Positions 25,849-32,000 of a stretch of 32,000 bases of DNA are shown piece by piece. Source of the stretch: Candidatus Nitrosopumilus koreensis AR1 (lineage in GTDB: Archaea > Thermoproteota > Nitrososphaeria > Nitrososphaerales > Nitrosopumilaceae). The stretch's first letter is position 1. Each line of letters starts with the position of its first letter. The notes beneath the pieces are model-generated. The model searched no databases, had not been told where the DNA came from, and worked only from the letters and a program-made list of their open reading frames with translations. The translations under genes were made by a program, and so were the position numbers. The stretch spans positions 150,001 through 182,000 of the forward strand of contig NC_018655.1 of assembly GCF_000299365.1 (NCBI RefSeq). Reading direction: 5' to 3'.

Positions 25849-27132
25849 ATGGATCTTCCACGAGGAATGAAAGATTTTGAGGCTATTGAAAATTCAAACA
25901 TTGAACACATTCGAAACCATTTCAAGAAACTATCTAATTTGTATGGATTTTCATTTATGGAACCCTCTGTTTTAGAATCCTTATCAACACTTGAAACCAA
26001 GTCTGGTCCTGCAATAAGGGACGAAATTTATTATTTTAAAGATAAAGGGGATCGTGAAGTCGCATTACGTTTTGATTTTACAATGGGTTTGACAAGATAT
26101 GCTACTGCACAAAAATCAATAAAACTACCAGCAAAATTTTCTGCATTTGGTGGTGTGTTTAGGTATGATGAACCTCAAAAAGGACGATATCGATATTTTC
26201 ACCAATGGGATGTGGAAATTTATGGTAAGAAAACTCTGGAATCTGAGGCTGAAATTATTGAATTAACATCACGACTTTTTGATTCATTATTGCTTAAAGA
26301 TATTGTAATTGACATTAATCATCGAAATCTAGTTGAATCTTACATTAACAAAATTTTTGAAACAACTGATTCTGAAAAGATAGCAGATATTTTAAGAGCA
26401 ATTGACAAGATTGCAAAAAAATCAAAGGATGAAATTCTAACTGAATTTACAAAAAAAGGATATGATACTGCAAAACTTGAAAAAATCATAGAATTCTCTC
26501 AAATAAAAGGTACTATTGCTGAAGTGGAAAAAATTTTTGACACAGAACAACTAGAATCGTGGAATGAACTAAAACAACTTTTTGAATCTTTAGAAAATAG
26601 AGGGGTTTCAAATGTTAGAATTAATTTTGGTATAGTTCGTGGACTGGATTATTATTCTGGAATAGTTTTTGAAGTATTTGATAAAAATTCAAAACTTGGA
26701 GCATTAGCTGGTGGAGGAAGATATGATACTCTGACAAAAGCATTTGGTAGAGATGATATTGGTGCAACTGGTGTAGCAGGTGGGGTAGAACGAATTATTC
26801 TTACAATGCAAGAGCAAAAAATAATTCCAGAAGTTTCACAAAATAGAATTGCAGTAGTTTACATAAATGAAGATATGCAAAAAGTTGCTCATTCTATTAC
26901 ATCATTATTAAGACTGAACAATATTCCTGCTGATATTGATTTGGCAGGACGTAATATAAAAAAACAAATGGATAATGCAGGAAATGCAAGATATTCTATT
27001 ATTGTAGGTCCACAAGAACTTGAAAATGGTAATGTTGTGTTACATGACATGAGAGATGGTAAAGAAGGAACAATTTCTTTAGAAAAACTAACTGAAGACC
27101 CTAATTCTGTTCTTAGTTTAGAAAAGCCCTAG
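25849..27132 (+). CDS. hisS: Histidyl-tRNA synthetase
   Basis: LPRGMKDF, LRFDFTMGLTRY, FRYDEPQKGRYRYFHQWDVEIYG, GLDYYSGIVFEVF, GGGRYD. ATG at 25849 preferred over the upstream TTG. Confidence 0.96.
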   Translation: MDLPRGMKDFEAIENSNIEHIRNHFKKLSNLYGFSFMEPSVLESLSTLETKSGPAIRDEIYYFKDKGDREVALRFDFTMGLTRYATAQKSIKLPAKFSAFGGVFRYDEPQKGRYRYFHQWDVEIYGKKTLESEAEIIELTSRLFDSLLLKDIVIDINHRNLVESYINKIFETTDSEKIADILRAIDKIAKKSKDEILTEFTKKGYDTAKLEKIIEFSQIKGTIAEVEKIFDTEQLESWNELKQLFESLENRGVSNVRINFGIVRGLDYYSGIVFEVFDKNSKLGALAGGGRYDTLTKAFGRDDIGATGVAGGVERIILTMQEQKIIPEVSQNRIAVVYINEDMQKVAHSITSLLRLNNIPADIDLAGRNIKKQMDNAGNARYSIIVGPQELENGNVVLHDMRDGKEGTISLEKLTEDPNSVLSLEKP

Positions 27133-27784
27133 TTAACATCATAATCTCAGGACCTGTTGTCAATGATCCTACCACAATGCAATTGTTATTAGCTAAAATT
27201 CCTGATGAAACATACGGAATTCCATTATTGATGGAGCTCTGTTCTATTTTTACGCCTAGCAAATTGGAAAATGTTTTCATATCTTCCTCATCTGCTTCAG
27301 GATGAATTGCTGCTCCTGAATTATTTGCCACTAATACTACTCCTGTCTGATTAAAACCTGCAATTTTTTTCTGAATTGTCTCAACACCCAAAACATCTGA
27401 AATGGTTTGACAGTCTTCTTTTGATAACCATGGTGACACAACTGCTCCCTTGTCATTTGCACAAATCACATTTCCTAATGCAGTTAATTTTGAATCTAAT
27501 ACTCCTATTTCTAAGTCTGTTTCTTTTTTGAGAAAATCATATTCATTTTGATATGCAGTTTTTGGTAGTAAGATTCCTTTGTTGTTCATTACACATAATG
27601 CGCCAATTAATCTGGTATTGGCAATAGAAGTGAAAAGATACTCTACTCCAAGATATTTTGATATTTTTTCTGCTTTAGTTTTTGCAAATCCCATTGGAAG
27701 TAAAATTATGCTGTCATTAACACTAATGTAAACTCCAATATTTGGACCTCTGTACACATCAAACTTGATAATATCCATATCCAC
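27113..27784 (-). CDS. eif6: Translation initiation factor 6 (aIF6)
   Basis: GVYISVNDSIILLPMG, SIANTRLIGALCVMNNKGILLP, NVICANDKGAVVSP, IPYVSSGILANNNCIVVG. Ends inside the hisS 3' end (20-bp convergent overlap). Confidence 0.95.
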   Translation of the reverse strand: MDMDIIKFDVYRGPNIGVYISVNDSIILLPMGFAKTKAEKISKYLGVEYLFTSIANTRLIGALCVMNNKGILLPKTAYQNEYDFLKKETDLEIGVLDSKLTALGNVICANDKGAVVSPWLSKEDCQTISDVLGVETIQKKIAGFNQTGVVLVANNSGAAIHPEADEEDMKTFSNLLGVKIEQSSINNGIPYVSSGILANNNCIVVGSLTTGPEIMMLTRAFLN

Positions 27785-27852
27785 AAAATTGATCGTACAG
27801 CGTTATGAACGTAAGGGATCTATTTCTGACTAGAATTATCAAATTACGTTAG

Positions 27853-27869
27853 TCTAGCTTTAAATAATA
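27853..27869 (+). promoter_or_regulatory. Promoter-like element, copy 1
   Basis: TCTAGCTTTAAATAATA, 36 nt from its first base to the ATG at 27889. Identical sequence and spacing at 28459. Confidence 0.65.
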
Positions 27870-27870
27870 A

Positions 27871-28380
<510 letters not shown>

Positions 28381-28458
28381 AATCTAAAAATATTTTTAAA
28401 AATTTTTATTTTTGTTAATTTTTACCGATCTGCCATAGTTTAGTCCCGACTAATTTTA

Positions 28459-28475
28459 TCTAGCTTTAAATAATA
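28459..28475 (+). promoter_or_regulatory. Promoter-like element, copy 2
   Basis: TCTAGCTTTAAATAATA, 36 nt from its first base to the ATG at 28495. Confidence 0.65.
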
Positions 28476-28494
28476 TTTTGAAATAAAGTACTTT

Positions 28495-29031
28495 ATGCCA
28501 ATAGATGAGAAATTCGTTGAAAATCTAGAAGTCGTTGGAAAGACAAGCCACAGTGATGGTGAAAATAAACACTTCATTTGGGGTAAAGGCAGAACTGATG
28601 GTGAAGCATTTTCTGATGAAAATGTCAAAGCAGCATATGAAGCAAGAGGAGAAGAACAAGTTCCTCTTGGAATTCACGGTACAACTGTAGCAGTTGACTG
28701 GGACTCTTGTGTTGCAGCAGGTTCTTGTATGAGTGTCTGTCCTGTTCAAACCTTCCAGTGGTATAGAACTGAAAAAGATATCCCAGCAAAAGATGTTCTT
28801 AATGCAACTTTTGATGGAACTGGTTTGACTGAACAAGATGAACGTCTAGATTACACAGATAAATCAATGCCAATCAGAGAACATGATTGTACACAATGTA
28901 TGGCTTGCCAAGAAGCATGTCCAACACACGCAATCTTGATTGAACCATCTTACCTAGAGTATCACGAAAAAGCTGATGGCTCTTATGTAAAAATGGAATC
29001 AGGTTCTAAAAACCCACACGCACACGATTAA
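28495..29031 (+). CDS. Dicluster ferredoxin (paralog 2)
   Basis: CVAAGSCMSVCPVQTF (Ala at the second ligand position) and CTQCMACQEACPTHAI. Closely similar to the upstream gene, including [15 protein letters not shown]. Confidence 0.93.
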   Translation: MPIDEKFVENLEVVGKTSHSDGENKHFIWGKGRTDGEAFSDENVKAAYEARGEEQVPLGIHGTTVAVDWDSCVAAGSCMSVCPVQTFQWYRTEKDIPAKDVLNATFDGTGLTEQDERLDYTDKSMPIREHDCTQCMACQEACPTHAILIEPSYLEYHEKADGSYVKMESGSKNPHAHD

Positions 29032-29112
29032 AGAAATTTTTTCTTTTTTCTTATTTTTACAAATTTAATTTCATCCTCAACAAATTTTAATGTCTATTAT
29101 CCACAAGTTTTT

Positions 29113-29196
29113 GCAGAGGTCGCCTAGCTCGGTAGGGCGCGGGCCTTGAGAGCCTGTGTGCGCAAGCATACGGGGGTTCAAATCCCTCTCTCTGCG
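29113..29196 (+). tRNA. tRNA-Ser (TGA)
   Basis: Acceptor GCAGAGG/TCTCTGC plus G73. Anticodon arm CGGGC-CTTGAGA-GCCTG gives TGA. Long variable arm TGTGCGCAAGCATA. T arm GGGGG-TTCAAAT-CCCTC. Confidence 0.96.
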
Positions 29197-29199
29197 TTT

Positions 29200-30135
29200 T
29201 TAACTTTCTATTTTTCCAAGTTCTGCAAGCATTGCAGAGAGTTGAATCTCAGAATTTGACCCAACTAAAATTCTATAATCATATTTTGCAATAATCTCTA
29301 GAATGTCTGATAATTTGTCATGTTTTGATTTGAAAACTGCCGAATTGAGATATTTCAAAAAGTCTGATTCTGACATTCCATAAACCTTGATTAATTCGAT
29401 CATTTTTTCTCTTGCTTCTGGAATTTTTCCAGACAATGCAATTTTTAGAACTTCATCAACATCTGTGGTTTTTGTTAATCCTGCAGATGCCTTTACATTT
29501 TCTTCAGAAATAGCGCCCAGACTTGCAGTAGCTTGCATCAGATTAATTGCATGTCTTAGATCTCCTTCTGAATACTCATAAATTGCCTTTAGACCTTTTT
29601 TGTCTGCCTTCACTTTTTCTTTTTTAGCGATTTCTTCTAGCCTTTTTATGACATCTTCTTCAGGCACTGATGTAAACTTGAATGTTGCACATCTGCTTTG
29701 AATAGGATCAATAATTTTTGAGATGTTATTTGCAATTAGGATAAACCTGCAAATTTTTGCTGTATCTTCTATGATTCTTCTTAATGCTGTTTGAGCATCT
29801 GAAGTCATTTCATCTGCTTCATCTAAGATAATGATCTTGAATGGAACATCTGCCATTCCTGCATATCTTGAAAACTTTTTTACTTTTTCTCTGACCATGC
29901 CAATTCCTCTCTCATCAGAGGCATTCAATTCTAAAGTGTAGTCTTTTGCAAAATCTCCTAAAATTTGTCTTGAAATACATAGTGCAGTAGTTGTTTTTCC
30001 AACTCCAGCTGATCCTGAAAACAACAAGTGAGGCATATCTGTAGGATCTTTGATTAAAGCTTCTAAACTCCCAATAATTTCTGTTTGATTAACTATTTCG
30101 GAAAGTTTCATTGGACGATATTTTTCTACCCACAT
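29200..30135 (-). CDS. rfcS: Replication factor C small subunit
   Basis: MWVEKYRPMKLSEIVNQ, LLFSGSAGVGKTTTAL, IIILDEADEMTSDAQTALRRIIED, NNISKIIDPIQSRC. Start at MWVEKYRP chosen over the TTG at 30168. Confidence 0.96.
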   Translation of the reverse strand: MWVEKYRPMKLSEIVNQTEIIGSLEALIKDPTDMPHLLFSGSAGVGKTTTALCISRQILGDFAKDYTLELNASDERGIGMVREKVKKFSRYAGMADVPFKIIILDEADEMTSDAQTALRRIIEDTAKICRFILIANNISKIIDPIQSRCATFKFTSVPEEDVIKRLEEIAKKEKVKADKKGLKAIYEYSEGDLRHAINLMQATASLGAISEENVKASAGLTKTTDVDEVLKIALSGKIPEAREKMIELIKVYGMSESDFLKYLNSAVFKSKHDKLSDILEIIAKYDYRILVGSNSEIQLSAMLAELGKIES

Positions 30136-30245
30136 CCCAGTTGCAGTCATATGAGTACATGGAAGCAATTCCCACTAATAAATCCGAATTGGTTATTATC
30201 ATATCCCCTCGAATTAAAATCAAAATCACTCACAATACTATGTGC

Positions 30246-30342
30246 GATCAGGCTCAGGTTAATTTAGATCAATTGATCTCACTAAATTGTAAAAAGATTT
30301 GATCGATCCGAAACTTGAGGATCCTCGCGATGATCAGTGATC
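30246..30342. repeat. GATC-dense palindromic intergenic segment
   Basis: Eight GATC tetramers starting at 30246, 30267, 30275, 30301, 30305, 30320, 30332 and 30339. Perfect palindromes AGATCAATTGATCT (30266-30279), GATCGATC (30301-30308), GAGGATCCTC (30317-30326). Confidence 0.85.
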
Positions 30343-30346
30343 TCTA

Positions 30347-30865
30347 ATGGAAATTGATAAAATAGAAAAAGTACACTCGATTGGATACCGCCTAAAGGAT
30401 GCTAAATTCACTGTAAATCAGGACTTCAAGTTTGATGTTGCAGGTATGAAGATGGAAGGAAAACAGGGCGAAGTAAACAATATGCCTCAATGGGTGGGTA
30501 AAATTTTGGCAGATAATAACTTGGGACTACTTGATTCACCTGATATGATTACTGAACTAAAACAAGCATTATCAAAAGAAAAAATGGTTGGAGAATATCA
30601 AATATCTACACTTGAACCTCATTTTTACATTAAGCTAAAAGAATCAATGAAAGAATTGAATCGAGATGATTTTGACAAAGTTGAAAGTATGATGCTAGAA
30701 TTGTTTAGGATGAGAAGAGGAAAATTAGTAAAGTTAGCTGACTCTATCAAATTAAACTCTGATTTGTACAACAAGCTAACTGTTGAGGAAGTAATTTTCT
30801 ATAAAACCATATATGAAAACAGCATAGAGTTTGAAAATCAAATAAAGGGTGATAATAATGAGTAG
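30347..30865 (+). CDS. Archaeal DNA replication GINS subunit
   Basis: MPQWVGKILADNNLG, LLELFRMRRGKLVKLA, LTVEEVIFYKTIY. Immediately upstream of and overlapping MCM. Confidence 0.85.
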   Translation: MEIDKIEKVHSIGYRLKDAKFTVNQDFKFDVAGMKMEGKQGEVNNMPQWVGKILADNNLGLLDSPDMITELKQALSKEKMVGEYQISTLEPHFYIKLKESMKELNRDDFDKVESMMLELFRMRRGKLVKLADSIKLNSDLYNKLTVEEVIFYKTIYENSIEFENQIKGDNNE

Positions 30866-32000
30866 TGCTCAAACTAGTACATATACTGATTCTGCTCTTT
30901 CTGACAAGGTAAAAGAATTCTTAACTCGATTCAAAGATAACACTGGTGGGTACAAGTATGTACAGGCAATCGATGAGATGATGCCTAAGAATTCTAAATT
31001 CATTATTGTTGATTACAATGATTTGATTATTGAACCAGAAATCATATCTATATTTTCAGAAAATCCTGATAGAATATTTGATGCGTTCTCACGAGCAATC
31101 AAAGAAGCATTACAAACAAGATTTCCTGATTATGCTGAAAAAATTAAAGATGAAGTTCGTGTTAGACTAGTCAATTATCCTTCTGAAAGAAGTCTTAGAC
31201 AAATCAATGCTGAAACAATTGGTTCTATTACTAGTGTATCTGGGATGGTAGTAAGGGCTTCTGAAGTTAAACCTCTTGCAAAAGAGTTGATCTTTGTTTG
31301 TCCTGATGAGCATCAAACTAAAGTAGTTCAGATTAAAGGAATGGATGTTAAAGTTCCAATTGTATGTGATAATCCAAATTGTAAACAAAGAGATTTTGAG
31401 TTAAAACCTGAGGCAAGTAAATTCATTGATTTTCAGATTCTAAGACTGCAAGAACTTCCTGAAGATTTACCTCCTGGACAACTTCCTCACTATATTGATG
31501 TCACAATCAGGCAGGATTTGGTAGATAATGCTAGGCCTGGAGATAGAATTGTTCTTACAGGAGTAGTTCGTGTGGAACAAGAATCTGTTACTGGTGTAAC
31601 TCGTGGACATAGCGGATTGTATAGGTTAAGAATTGAGGGAAATAATATTGAATTCTTGGGTGGACGTGGTTCTAAAACCTCAAGAAAAATTGAAAGAGAA
31701 GAAATTTCTCCTGAAGAAGAAAAAATGATCAAAGCATTATCTGCAAGTCCTGATGTTTATCAAAGACTAATTGATTCATTTGCCCCTCATATTCAAGGAC
31801 AATCTTTAATCAAAGAAGCAATTTTGTTACTAATTGTAGGCTCTAATCAAAGATCATTAGGTGATGGCAGCAAAATTAGAGGAGACATTAACGTATTTCT
31901 TGTTGGTGATCCTGGTACTGCAAAAAGTGAGATGTTAAAATTCTGTTCTAGAATTGCACCACGTGGTTTGTATACTTCTGGTAGAGGTTCAACTGCTGCA
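30858..32000 (+). CDS. mcm: MCM replicative helicase (3' end outside the window; absent from ORF track)
   Basis: ATG at 30858 overlaps the GINS stop. Hand translation MSSAQTSTYTDSALSDKVKEFLTRF..., FVCPDEHQ...CDNPNCKQ zinc region, Walker A GDPGTAKSEMLKF, YTSGRGSTAA. Confidence 0.95.
   Translation, partial: MSSAQTSTYTDSALSDKVKEFLTRFKDNTGGYKYVQAIDEMMPKNSKFIIVDYNDLIIEPEIISIFSENPDRIFDAFSRAIKEALQTRFPDYAEKIKDEVRVRLVNYPSERSLRQINAETIGSITSVSGMVVRASEVKPLAKELIFVCPDEHQTKVVQIKGMDVKVPIVCDNPNCKQRDFELKPEASKFIDFQILRLQELPEDLPPGQLPHYIDVTIRQDLVDNARPGDRIVLTGVVRVEQESVTGVTRGHSGLYRLRIEGNNIEFLGGRGSKTSRKIEREEISPEEEKMIKALSASPDVYQRLIDSFAPHIQGQSLIKEAILLLIVGSNQRSLGDGSKIRGDINVFLVGDPGTAKSEMLKFCSRIAPRGLYTSGRGSTAA

Noticed and set aside
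28381-28458. AT-rich gap between the two ferredoxins considered as a small RNA locus
   Set aside because: Mostly poly-A/T with one short GC patch (CCGATCTGCCATAGTTTAGTCCCGAC). No stable stem, and best explained as terminator plus promoter region.

Overview
The window looks like ordinary core chromosome of an ammonia-oxidising thaumarchaeon (Nitrososphaerota, Nitrosopumilus-like). It is AT-rich and gene-dense, with leaderless-looking genes and archaeal-type information-processing genes. It carries two genes of the 3-hydroxypropionate/4-hydroxybutyrate carbon-fixation cycle and a secreted lysyl-oxidase-like protein. It also has a signal peptidase, two thioredoxins, several zinc-ribbon proteins, rpiA, the LSm/L37e pair and a creatininase-family/PurU pair. 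Further along are the L7Ae-S28e-L24e-Ndk-aIF5B block, archease, HisRS, aIF6, two tandem paralogous ferredoxins and a replication locus (RFC small subunit divergent from GINS-MCM). I found three tRNAs: Ala-CGC, Leu-TAG and Ser-TGA. The ORF track misses several real short genes: L37e, a DUF1059 protein, a small zinc ribbon, and MCM, which runs off the edge. I saw no CRISPR array, transposon, integrase, toxin-antitoxin or obvious defence locus. The strongest second-look items are: the complete AmmeMemoRadiSam trio next to a Met/His-rich secreted putative copper protein; a cluster of 8 GATC sites in 97 bp between rfcS and GINS-MCM; tandem ferredoxin genes with duplicated promoters but different cluster-ligand residues; a candidate minus-strand small RNA near 7.3 kb; and a possible frameshift in a small membrane-anchored protein.
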